64,000 bases of DNA, taken from contig JAQTUZ010000002.1 of assembly GCA_028707065.1 (NCBI GenBank), positions 6,513-70,512 of the forward strand, written 5' to 3'. The notes under the pieces were generated by a model. That model was given only the letters and a program-made list of their open reading frames with translations, had not been told where the DNA came from and did no database searches. This DNA is from Patescibacteria group bacterium (lineage in GTDB: Bacteria; Patescibacteriota; Patescibacteriia; Patescibacteriales; WJLG01). Position numbers and translations under genes: made by a program. Shown here piece after piece: positions 6,077-15,100 of the stretch. Numbering within the stretch: the stretch's first letter is position 1; each line of letters starts with the position of its first letter.

Positions 6077-9000
6077 ATGCAAGACAAATTCGATCATAAA
6101 GGAATTGAAAACAAGTGGCACGGGGTCTGGGAAGAAGAAAAGATCTATCTGACCCCCTCGGCTTCGCTCGGGGCAGGCGGCGAGGATAAAGCCAGGCCGA
6201 AATATTATGTTTTGGATATGTTTCCTTATCCTTCGGGCGCCGGGTTGCATGTCGGCCATCCCAAAGGTTATATCGCCACGGATATTTTGGCGCGGATGAA
6301 AATGATGAGCGGTTTTAATGTTTTGCATCCGATTGGCTGGGACGCTTTCGGCTTGCCGGCGGAAAATTACGCTCTAAAGAATAAAGTTCATCCGCGGATC
6401 GCCACCGAAAAAAATATCGCCACCTTCAAGAGCCAATTGGAAAAGATCGGCCTGACTTATGATTGGGAGCGGGAAATAAATACTACTGACCCGGAATATT
6501 ATAAATGGACGCAATGGGCTTTCATCAAGATGTGGGAAAAAGGCTTGGCTTATGAATCGACCGAGCCGATCATCTGGTGTCCGACTTGCCAGACCGGGCT
6601 GGCGATGGAAGATCTGGAAAACGGCAAATGCGAGCGCTGCGAATCCGAAGTGGTGCGCAAACCGATGCGCCAATGGGTGATCAAGATTACTGATTATGCC
6701 GAGCGATTATTGAACGATTTGGATAAGCTTTCCGGCTGGGAAGATTCGATTAAAGAAATGCAACGCAACTGGATCGGGCGTTCGGAAGGAGCCGAAGTGA
6801 AGTTTGAAGTAAGAAGTAAGAAGGCAGAAGAAAAAAAGTCCCCCCTTGCTTGCCCCGCAAAGCGAAGCGATGCGTGGGAGAGGGGTGGCGCCGCCGCGGC
6901 GACGGGGTGTGTGACGGTTTTTACAACTCGTCCCGATACTTTGTTCGGTTGTACTTATGTGGTTTTGGCGCCGGAACATCCGGAAATTGGAAATTGGAAA
7001 TTGGAAATTGGAAATTGGAAAGAAGTTGAAAGTTATATTAATGAAGCCAAGAAAAAAACTGATCTTCAACGTACTGATTTAAACAAGGATAAGTTTGGAG
7101 TAAAGCTTGAGGGCGTGATGGCAGTCAATCCGGCGAATCAGGAAGAAGTGCCGGTGTTCATCGCCGATTATGTCCTGCCGAATTATGGCACGGGCGCGAT
7201 CATGGCCGTGCCGGCGCATGATCAGCGCGATTTTGAATTCGCGCAAAAATATGATTTGCCGATTAGAACTGTCGTCACAACTAATAAAGATAATATTGTT
7301 GGTGTCGGCGCGATGATCGAAACGAAAGAAGGAAAATTTTTATTTCAAAGACGAGATAAAAAAACTGATCGGAATCCGGGCATGCTGTCTTTTTTTGGCG
7401 GTGGCACAGAAAATAATGAAGACACCAAAGAAACGTTAAAACGAGAAATAAAGGAAGAATTAAACTTGGAAATAAAAAACAATTTTGTTTTATTGAATAA
7501 ATTCGAAAGTATTAATCATCCCGGAAGATTTTTAGATCTTTTTTACGTTAATAATGTTGACGAGGAAAACATGAAGCTTGGTGAAGGAGCGGCGATTGAA
7601 AAATTTGATTTAGCAGAAGCTTTACAGCGCGACGATGTTACGCCGTTTACAAAAAATGTCATAAAATATTTGCAAGATAAAAAATGTTTTACCGAAGAAG
7701 GCATAAATGAGAATTCCGATTTTCTCGATGGCTTAAAAACAGTCGAGGCGAAGAAGAAGATGATCGAGTGGCTGGAAAAAGAGGGGAAGGGGAAAAGAAA
7801 AATTAATTACAAATTGAATGACTGGGTTTTTTCAAGACAGAGATATTGGGGCGAGCCGATCCCGATGGTGCATTGCGAGAAGTGCGGGACCGTGCCGGTT
7901 GCGGAAAAAGATCTGCCGGTGCGCTTGCCCGAAGTTGAACATTATGAACCGACCGGAACAGGGGAATCGCCTTTGGCAAATATCACTGAATGGGTAAATA
8001 CGACCTGCCCGAAATGCGGCGGCCCGGCCAAGCGCGAAACCAATACTATGCCGCAATGGGCCGGTTCGTCTTGGTATTATTTAAGATATATTGATCCGAA
8101 AAATAATCAGGCCTTAGTTGATAAAGAGAAAGAAAAATATTGGTCGCCGGTGGATTTTTACGTCGGCGGCGCCGAGCATGCTACGCGCCATCTTATTTAC
8201 GCGCGCTTTTGGCATAAATTTTTGTTTGATATCGGCGTAGTGAATTACGAAGAGCCGTTTGCCAAATTTACTCATGTCGGCTTGATCATGGCCGAAGATG
8301 GGCGGAAAATGTCCAAGCGCTGGGGCAATGTCATTAATCCGGATGATATAATAGAAAAATTCGGCGCGGACGCGATGCGCGTTTATGAAATGTTTATGGG
8401 ACCATTCACTCAATCTTGCGCCTGGAGCACCAACGGCTTGACCGGCGCGCGTAAATTTTTGGATAAGGTATGGGTCATTGCGGAAAATTCCCCTCTCGAG
8501 AGGGGTGGCGCGCCCCTGGCGCGACGGGGTGTGTTAACGCCGGATAGCACTAAAGAAATTAAATCCTTGCTTCATAAAACAATCAAAAAGGTTTCCGAAG
8601 ATATCGCGGACTTTAAATTTAACACTTGCATTTCGGCAATGATGATTTTGTCCAATATGATTGAGGTGGCAACCACCCCTGACCCCTCCTTGGAAAGGAG
8701 GGGGATTGGCAAAGAAGATTTTGCTAAATTCATCCAGATTCTCGCGCCGTTCGCGCCGCATCTGGCTGAAGAAATCTGGCGGGAGAAATTAGGCAATAAA
8801 GAAAGCGTTTTCAAATCCGCCTGGCCTGAATATGATAAAGAATTGATCAAAGATGAAACGGTAAATTTGGTAGTGCAGGTTAACGGAAAATTGCGCGCGA
8901 CTATCTCCGTTCCCGCGGGAATTTCTAAAGATGAAGCCAGGGATTTGGTTTTAAAAAATGAGAATGTAAAAAAATGGCTGGCAGGGAAAAAAGTGACGAG

Positions 9001-9085
9001 GGATATTTATGTTCCAGACAAACTTTTTAATATCGTGGTTGTCGAATCTTTTGATATGAAGAGCCTTGCAAATCCTAATTCGTGA
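6077..9085 (+). CDS. leuS: leucyl-tRNA synthetase carrying an internal Nudix-domain insertion and several repeat-encoded inserts
   Basis: 1002 aa. Class I signatures PYPSGAGLHVGH (HIGH) and KMSKR (KMSKS). LeuRS-specific blocks RNWIGRSEGAEV, VFTTRPDTLFG, HDQRDFEFAQKY, SRQRYWGEPIP and VQVNGKLRA. Confidence 0.95.
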   Translation: MQDKFDHKGIENKWHGVWEEEKIYLTPSASLGAGGEDKARPKYYVLDMFPYPSGAGLHVGHPKGYIATDILARMKMMSGFNVLHPIGWDAFGLPAENYALKNKVHPRIATEKNIATFKSQLEKIGLTYDWEREINTTDPEYYKWTQWAFIKMWEKGLAYESTEPIIWCPTCQTGLAMEDLENGKCERCESEVVRKPMRQWVIKITDYAERLLNDLDKLSGWEDSIKEMQRNWIGRSEGAEVKFEVRSKKAEEKKSPLACPAKRSDAWERGGAAAATGCVTVFTTRPDTLFGCTYVVLAPEHPEIGNWKLEIGNWKEVESYINEAKKKTDLQRTDLNKDKFGVKLEGVMAVNPANQEEVPVFIADYVLPNYGTGAIMAVPAHDQRDFEFAQKYDLPIRTVVTTNKDNIVGVGAMIETKEGKFLFQRRDKKTDRNPGMLSFFGGGTENNEDTKETLKREIKEELNLEIKNNFVLLNKFESINHPGRFLDLFYVNNVDEENMKLGEGAAIEKFDLAEALQRDDVTPFTKNVIKYLQDKKCFTEEGINENSDFLDGLKTVEAKKKMIEWLEKEGKGKRKINYKLNDWVFSRQRYWGEPIPMVHCEKCGTVPVAEKDLPVRLPEVEHYEPTGTGESPLANITEWVNTTCPKCGGPAKRETNTMPQWAGSSWYYLRYIDPKNNQALVDKEKEKYWSPVDFYVGGAEHATRHLIYARFWHKFLFDIGVVNYEEPFAKFTHVGLIMAEDGRKMSKRWGNVINPDDIIEKFGADAMRVYEMFMGPFTQSCAWSTNGLTGARKFLDKVWVIAENSPLERGGAPLARRGVLTPDSTKEIKSLLHKTIKKVSEDIADFKFNTCISAMMILSNMIEVATTPDPSLERRGIGKEDFAKFIQILAPFAPHLAEEIWREKLGNKESVFKSAWPEYDKELIKDETVNLVVQVNGKLRATISVPAGISKDEARDLVLKNENVKKWLAGKKVTRDIYVPDKLFNIVVVESFDMKSLANPNS
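6794..6913. repeat. compound repeat insert in leuS (AGAAGTAAG words + family A-like element)
   Basis: gaagtgaagtttgaagtaagaagtaagaaggcagaag (same word as 27134-27160), then ..gggagaggggtggcgccgccgcggcgacggggtgtgtg. Encodes RSKKAEEKKSPLACPAKRSDAWERGGAAAATGC between the conserved SEGAEV and VFTTRPDT blocks. Confidence 0.8.
6982..7020. repeat. GGAAATT heptamer tandem array inside leuS
   Basis: ggaaatt x5 then ggaaag. Encodes EIGNWKLEIGNWK right after LAPEHP. Same heptamer at 10886-10915 and 29207-29290. Confidence 0.9.
7278..7690 (+). other. Nudix hydrolase domain embedded in LeuRS
   Basis: Residues about 401-538. The Nudix box GGGTENNEDTKETLKREIKEELNL at 7397-7468 fits G-x5-E-x7-REUxEE, with the trailing G replaced by N. 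The segment is visibly AT-richer than the flanking leuS sequence. Confidence 0.75.
8488..8535. repeat. family A double-hairpin element, in frame inside leuS
   Basis: ttcccctctcgagaggggtggcgcgcccctggcgcgacggggtgtgtt. Encodes NSPLERGGAPLARRGVL. Confidence 0.85.
8671..8705. repeat. family B hairpin element, in frame inside leuS
   Basis: aaccacccctgacccctccttggaaaggaggggga. Encodes TTPDPSLERRGI. Confidence 0.85.
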
Positions 9086-9193
9086 TACCCGATTATAAAT
9101 TTTTTGGCAGAGTCCCGAGGCGGAGACTCCGCCATAGCCAATATCGTTGTAAAATAAATTTTTTACTTTTAACTTTTTACTTTTAACTTATTT

Positions 9194-10432
9194 ATGTTTC
9201 GTCCTTCCTATCTTAGCAACCGCCTTTCCGGAGGCTTGGTCTCGATCTATTCTTCCCGGATAATTTTGAGCATCGCTTCATCACTGATGGGCCTGTTTTT
9301 ACCGATCTTTTTATTTGAGATTTTTGATCTGAAATTAAGCTATACGCTGATTTATTTTTTGATCGATTATGCCATTTACTGCGCTTTTGTTTCTCTGGGC
9401 GCGAAATTCGCCTTGAACAAGCTGGGGATGAAGGCAGCCATCATCATCAGCACTGTCTGGGGCTCGGTTTATTATTTGATATTTTATTTCATGACCGGCG
9501 CGAACAACACGGCCGTATCGGCTTTGGGGATGGGTCATGAAAGAACACTGATACTTCTGGGGGTGTCGATATTCTTTATGAATCTGCATCGCCTTTTGTA
9601 TTGGGTGCCGGTGCATACCGAGATGACCAAGTTCACCGACCGCGCCAATCTTACCCGGGAATTATCCTTGCTCGAGGCGACCTGCATCGCTTTCAATGCC
9701 GTGGTGCCGGCTTTCGCGGGCTGGATTCTGGTCGCTTTCGGCTATAATATCCTTTTTGTCATCACCATTTTTATTTTTTTCCTTTCGGTCGTCCCGCTTT
9801 TTTCCCTGCCCCGGACGGAAGAAAAATTCAGCTGGACTTATTGGCAGACCTGGAAAGAATTTTTTTCCAAGAAGCGGCAAAAAACCGTTTTGGCTTTCAT
9901 GGGCGACGGCGCTGAAAACGTGGTTTCAGGTATAGTCTGGCCGATCTTCATCTGGCAGATCTTGCAAGGCAATTATTTGACGGTCGGCGCGATCTCTTCG
10001 GCGATCGTTTTGTCCACCATTATTTTGGAATTGTTCGTGGGCAAATTCGCCGATTCGGGCAAGCGCGACAAGATCCTCCATTGGGGCACGTTCCTTTACG
10101 CTCTGGGCTGGTTCATTAAAATTTTTATCGATACCGCTTTCCAAATCTTTGTCGTTTCCACTTATCATAATCTTGCCCGTATTTTTACCCGCACGCCGTT
10201 CGATGCCGTGCTTTATGAGCGCGCCGCCGATCAGGGGCATTATGTCGATGAATATACCGTGATCCATGAGATGGCCTTGATGGTCGGCCGCATCTTGATA
10301 ATTCTCCTCATGCTTCTTTTGGTGCCGGTTTTCGGCATCGGCCTGACCTTTATTTTGGCCGCCGCCTCCACTTTATTAATGAATCTTTTGATCGATGAAA
10401 AAACCGTGCAGGAGATCAAAGCGAGAATATAA
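9194..10432 (+). CDS. multi-pass membrane transporter, MFS-like
   Basis: 412 aa with about 10-12 hydrophobic helices in two halves separated by a charged loop (PRTEEKFSWTYWQTWKEFFSKKRQK). No specific substrate motif recognised. Confidence 0.55.
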   Translation: MFRPSYLSNRLSGGLVSIYSSRIILSIASSLMGLFLPIFLFEIFDLKLSYTLIYFLIDYAIYCAFVSLGAKFALNKLGMKAAIIISTVWGSVYYLIFYFMTGANNTAVSALGMGHERTLILLGVSIFFMNLHRLLYWVPVHTEMTKFTDRANLTRELSLLEATCIAFNAVVPAFAGWILVAFGYNILFVITIFIFFLSVVPLFSLPRTEEKFSWTYWQTWKEFFSKKRQKTVLAFMGDGAENVVSGIVWPIFIWQILQGNYLTVGAISSAIVLSTIILELFVGKFADSGKRDKILHWGTFLYALGWFIKIFIDTAFQIFVVSTYHNLARIFTRTPFDAVLYERAADQGHYVDEYTVIHEMALMVGRILIILLMLLLVPVFGIGLTFILAAASTLLMNLLIDEKTVQEIKARI

Positions 10433-10437
10433 ACATG

Positions 10438-10545
10438 ATGCGAATACTACAAATTTTGCGCGAATACCGCGAATAGATTAACGAATTATCTAAAAATAAT
10501 TCGTTAAATAGTTCGTAGTATTCGCGAACGATTCGCAGGTTCGTA
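10438..10545. repeat. CGAATAC-word inverted repeat spacer
   Basis: ..gatgcgaatactacaaattttgcgcgaataccgcgaatagattaacgaatta.. pairs with ..taattcgttaaatagttcgtagtattcgcgaacgattcgc... Confidence 0.75.
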
Positions 10546-10554
10546 TCATATTTT

Positions 10555-11397
10555 ATGGATTTATTAGAAAGAACCAAGAAAATATGCAAACTGTATGATA
10601 TCTGGCCTTCCCGTTCCAAGGGTCAGAATTTTTTAATTACCGAAAGTATTTATGATAAAATAGTCGCGGCGGCGGATTTATCCAAAGATGATATTGTTTT
10701 GGAAGTCGGTCCGGGCTTGGGATTCCTTACCGCCAAACTGGCCAAGGCGGCCAAGCGGGTGATCGCCGTGGAATTGGACGATAAACTCGCCGCCTATCTT
10801 CGCGACGCGATTTCCGCCGGTGATGTCAGTAACGTGGAAATAGTCAACGAAAATATCCTTGATGTTCAGGTTGTGGAATTTTTTTCCAAATTCCAAATTC
10901 CAAATTCCAAATTCCGCATTGTTGCCAACCTTCCTTATAATATAACATCGGTATTTTTACGAAAATTTCTGTCCAACGAACCGCGGCCCGAATCCATGGT
11001 TTTGATGCTGCAAAAAGAAGTGGCCCAGCGCATCTGCGCCAAGCCTGGTGATATGTCGCTCCTTGCCCTGTCAGTGCAATTTTACGCCGATCCGGAAATA
11101 ATCGAAATTGTCCCGAAAAATAATTTTTGGCCCGCGCCGAAAGTGGACTCAGCCATCATTAAGATAAGAGTTAAGAGAGAAGAGAGAAAAGATGTCGAAG
11201 AAAAAAATTTTTTCCGGCTGGCGAAGTTCGGGTTTTCGGCCAAGCGCAAGATGCTGAAGAATAATTTGGCCGGCGGCCTGCGGATCAAACCGGCCGAGGC
11301 GGAAGCGATTTTGGTTAAAGCCGGTTTTAATCCCAAGATAAGAGCGGAAGATCTGGGAGTTGGAGATTGGCGGAAGATAGTAGAACAACGAACATAG
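10555..11397 (+). CDS. rsmA: 16S rRNA (adenine1518/1519-N6)-dimethyltransferase
   Basis: 280 aa. SKGQNFL, VLEVGPGLGFLT (SAM motif I) and NLPYNI are the KsgA/RsmA family signatures. Confidence 0.9.
   Translation: MDLLERTKKICKLYDIWPSRSKGQNFLITESIYDKIVAAADLSKDDIVLEVGPGLGFLTAKLAKAAKRVIAVELDDKLAAYLRDAISAGDVSNVEIVNENILDVQVVEFFSKFQIPNSKFRIVANLPYNITSVFLRKFLSNEPRPESMVLMLQKEVAQRICAKPGDMSLLALSVQFYADPEIIEIVPKNNFWPAPKVDSAIIKIRVKREERKDVEEKNFFRLAKFGFSAKRKMLKNNLAGGLRIKPAEAEAILVKAGFNPKIRAEDLGVGDWRKIVEQRT
10886..10915. repeat. CCAAATT heptamer array (reverse orientation of GGAAATT family) inside rsmA
   Basis: ccaaatt x4 then ccgcatt. Encodes FSKFQIPNSKFRI just before the NLPYNI motif. Confidence 0.9.
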
Positions 11398-11477
11398 AGC
11401 AAAGAGCAAGATACAATTAGCGGTCTTCAGGGAGCAAATATTCAAAGCTTGTTCTTTGTTCGCTGTTCTTTGTTCTG
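11382..11477. repeat. CATAGAAC/GTTCTATG-word hairpin (family E) overlapping the rsmA stop
   Basis: Left arm agaacaacgaacatagagcaaagagcaag. Right arm cttgttctttgttcgctgttctttgttct. Confidence 0.8.
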
Positions 11478-11490
11478 ATCAAATATGTCA

Positions 11491-11520
11491 TTGTCGTTTT
11501 TTGTCCAAATATGTTATAAT
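11491..11520 (+). promoter_or_regulatory. putative sigma70-type promoter with extended -10 (ATGTTATAAT)
   Basis: ttgtcg, 18 nt, tataat, with TG at -14/-15. The same tgttataat box recurs at 20821-20829 and 22566-22574, each upstream of a + strand gene block. Confidence 0.4.
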
Positions 11521-11550
11521 TATGCACAAAGAAGATAAGGGGATTTTCGC

Positions 11551-12147
11551 ATGGCTGAGACGAGGAATAATCTTGATAAAAGGCAAAAGTTGGCTTTAGC
11601 CGGGTTAACCGTTTTTGGCATTTTGTTGGTCGGAATTTGGCTTTTAAAATTAAATAGTGAAATCGTGGGTCCGTTGAGTTATTATTATTCCCCTGATAAT
11701 TACGCCTCGACCACCGTCCAAGACGCGGCGGATAAATTAAAGAGTCAGGATACCGACGGCGACGGCTTGTCCGACTGGGACGAGCTTAATGTTTACGGCA
11801 CTTCGCCTTATTTGGCGGACTCGGATAGCGATGGCATCGCGGATGGCGTGGAAATTAAAAATGGCACTGATCCGAATTGCCCGCAAGGAAAAATTTGCAA
11901 TTCGGTTTTACCGGTCAGCGTCTCAAGTACCATTCCGACGATCGGCCAGCTCGGCGCGGGGCAAAGCGCCGCTTCCAGCAGCCAGCTGGAGATGATCAAT
12001 TTGCTTACCGGCGGGAGCGACGCCGCCACTTTGAGGAATTTGTTATTGCAAGCCGGGGTGGATAAGGCTTCTCTGGATCAAATTTCCGACGAGGACTTAA
12101 TGAAAAATTATCAAGCTTTGGTCGCCAGCAGCACCAAGGGGCAGTGA
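11551..12147 (+). CDS. membrane-anchored secreted protein with thrombospondin type-3-like Ca-binding repeats
   Basis: 198 aa. N-terminal TM (LALAGLTVFGILLVGIWLL), then DTDGDGLSDWDE and DSDSDGIADGVE (DxDxDG repeats). Confidence 0.6.
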   Translation: MAETRNNLDKRQKLALAGLTVFGILLVGIWLLKLNSEIVGPLSYYYSPDNYASTTVQDAADKLKSQDTDGDGLSDWDELNVYGTSPYLADSDSDGIADGVEIKNGTDPNCPQGKICNSVLPVSVSSTIPTIGQLGAGQSAASSSQLEMINLLTGGSDAATLRNLLLQAGVDKASLDQISDEDLMKNYQALVASSTKGQ

Positions 12148-12180
12148 GCAATTTAGAGTTTCAAATATTAATTACAAAGT

Positions 12181-15100
12181 ATGCTTCTTCAAGGGGATCC
12201 AATCAAACGCGGAAAAAAAGGAAAACTGATTAAGATTTTCGCTACCGTATTTTTGATTTTTTTCCTGTCATCCTCTTTTTTGTTCATGGCTCCGGCGCCG
12301 GCCCGGGCCAATTTGCCCGTGGTTGATCTTTTGGGCAACGCGTTAACAACGGGCAAAACCATTTGGGATAAGATTCAAAATGTCTTAAAAGTCTTGTTGG
12401 TTAAGGTGGCGGGTTCCGCGGTGGAATCAGCTCTCTCTAATACTTTGAAAACGATCGTTTACGACGAGGCGACTTATTTGGGGACCGGCCGCGAAGGCCA
12501 GAAGCCGCTTTGGGAAACCGGCAATATCGGCACGATCATGGGCAATATCGGCGATAACGCCGCCGGTAATTTTATTTCCCAGCTCGAAAAGCAATTCGGG
12601 GTTAATCTTTGCCAGCCGTCGCTGCCGACAGTAAAGTTATCGATCGGCTTAGGCCTGGTCGGCGCGAAACGGCCCCCGCAGCCGGATTGTACCGCTTCCA
12701 CGATGGTAAAAAATTGGGACGCGACCCTTAAAGCGTTCGCTTCCCAGAATCGCCAGGATTTCTTGAAACAATTTGCCGGAATTTTTGACGTTACCGGCGG
12801 CAAGAGCGATCTCTCCGCCGCCTTATCCATCCAATCCGGTTTTATCGAAGCGCAAGCCACGGCGACAGCCAATAAGCAATTATCAATGCTCGCCGGCTCG
12901 GCCGGGCTGATGCTTGACAATCGCAATGTCGCCGGAACCGTCAAAGGGATCCCGGGAAAGAGCCAGCAAGATTTCAATAATACAATGGCAGCGGAAAAAG
13001 CTTCCCTGATGAAATCCACCCAGAGCGACTTGTCCGACCTGGTTTCAATCTTTATCAAGCAGCTTTCGATCACCGGCATTCAGACGATAATGAAAAAATT
13101 TACCGAGTCTTTGAACCAGCCCGCGGCCAATTCAAGCATTTCCAATCCCTATGCCGCGCCGCAATCCGGCGGCATTGCCGCGGCCCAAGGCGTGCTGCGC
13201 AAGATAATCGAACCGCAATTTTCCAGCAAGGCGGATTATGATATTTTACAGCAATTGTCAGTTTGCAATGTCGGCGTTTTGGGCGGTGTGGGTCCGACCG
13301 ATTGCGTGATCGACGATAGTTTCAGCCAGGCGATCTCCAACCGCAAAACAGTGGGGCAAGCTTTTGTCAACGATACCAAACCGTTCGGCTTTATCGCCGG
13401 TTCGGCCAATAATTCCGCGCCGATCGAACCGTCCTATACCCAAGGCTATCCTTACCGCTCGATGTCCATTTTGCGCAAATACCGGATCATCCCGGTCGGC
13501 TGGGAATTGGCCGCGCAATATATCGAGGCGCATCCCGAAGTTATCAGCGGCAATCATAATAATTTGAAAAGTTTGATCGCCTGTTACGATCCAAATGATT
13601 TATATCGCGGTTATAATGATAATGGCGACGAGAAATGGTGCCAGGGCTTGGTTGATCCCACCTGGGTTTTGAAAGCGCCGCAGAATTATTGCTCGAAACA
13701 GGGGTATGGCCCGCAGATCTTAAGCGGCCAATCGGTTTCCGGCGGCGTGGATGCCGACGGCAAGGCTTTGCAGACGGAATTTCAGGTGGTTCGTTCCGAT
13801 TCTTATTGCGGCGACGAGAAATCCTGCATCAAAGAAAACGACGACGGTTCCTGTAAATATTTCGGCTATTGCACCGAAGATAAGCGGTTGTGGAAATTCG
13901 GCGCCAGCGGCTCTTGCGACGCGCAATATAATACCTGCCAGACTTTTACCGATAGCCAGGGCGGCCGGGTTTCTTATTTGAAAAATTCGATACAATTTTG
14001 CGACCAGATCAACGCCGGCTGCCATGAATACGCGATCGCCGCGCCCGAAGGTTATAATTCCGCGACGGAAAATTTGGACTGGACGAAAAGTCCGGACTCG
14101 GTTTTTCTTAATAAGAGCGCCAAGACTTGCGATCAAAGCAATGAAGGCTGCCATGAATTTTTACGGTTCTCGAGCGGGCTGGGAACGAATTTAATTATTA
14201 ATTCGGATTTTTCCCTGGATACGGATGGCAACGCGCCGGCTCATTGGCCTGCCGATGTCCTGGCCAGGGTTTCCGGCGCCAATCCGGGCGGACACAGCGG
14301 CAATGTGGTACAAATAAATTCCAACTCGCCGGAAGCTTTTTATACCAAAGATTGGTCAGCCTCCGCGGCCGGTTTTATTTCGGCCTTCCCCGCCGGCTTC
14401 GTGATGCAACCGGAAGTTTCTTATACCTTGAGCGCCGAAGTTAATTTGCAATCAGGCGACAGCGTGACCATCGGCATCGGCCGGAGGGAAAGCACCTGGA
14501 AAGAAGCCAGGACAAAGGTTAAAGGCTGGCAGCCGCTTTCCATCACCCTGCTTAATAATAATGATATTCTGGCCAACGAGATCAGGATTTACGGAACCAG
14601 CGCCAATGGCACGGCGGTATTTTACGTCGCCAATATAAAATTCGAAGTCAGCACCGGTCCGACCGCTTACAGCGCTTACCGCGGCAATAATCTGGTCTAT
14701 GAAAAATTTATGCCCGATTATTTGCGGGACGCCTGCTATGCCGATCCGGCTAACGGCGATTTCCGCTTAAAAGACAAATTGACTCGTCCTTCGGCCTGCG
14801 ATAATTTCGCCCGCCAATGCAACGCCGATGAGGTCGGTTGTGATTCTTACACCAGGAATGACAACCCGGGCCAGCAGCCGATCCCGGCGGCCATTACCGA
14901 AGTTGATAATTGTCCGGCCAAGTGCGTCGGCTACAATACTTATATCCAAAGCCAAAATAATTTTACTACCGCTCACGTTAAATATTTCATTCCTTCGACG
15001 GCGAAAGCCTGCTCGGCGGCTTCAGTCGGCTGCCAGGAATTCACCAACTTGGCTTCCAGCACGGCCGGCGGCGAGCGCAAGGAATATTATTCCTATCTGC

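Noticed and set aside
5954-7069. Minus-strand ORFs 5954..6328, 6374..6673 and 6707..7069 overlapping the leuS 5' region.
   Set aside because: They are antisense to a strongly supported leuS. The third is partly encoded by the heptamer and family A repeats (FQFPISNF..).
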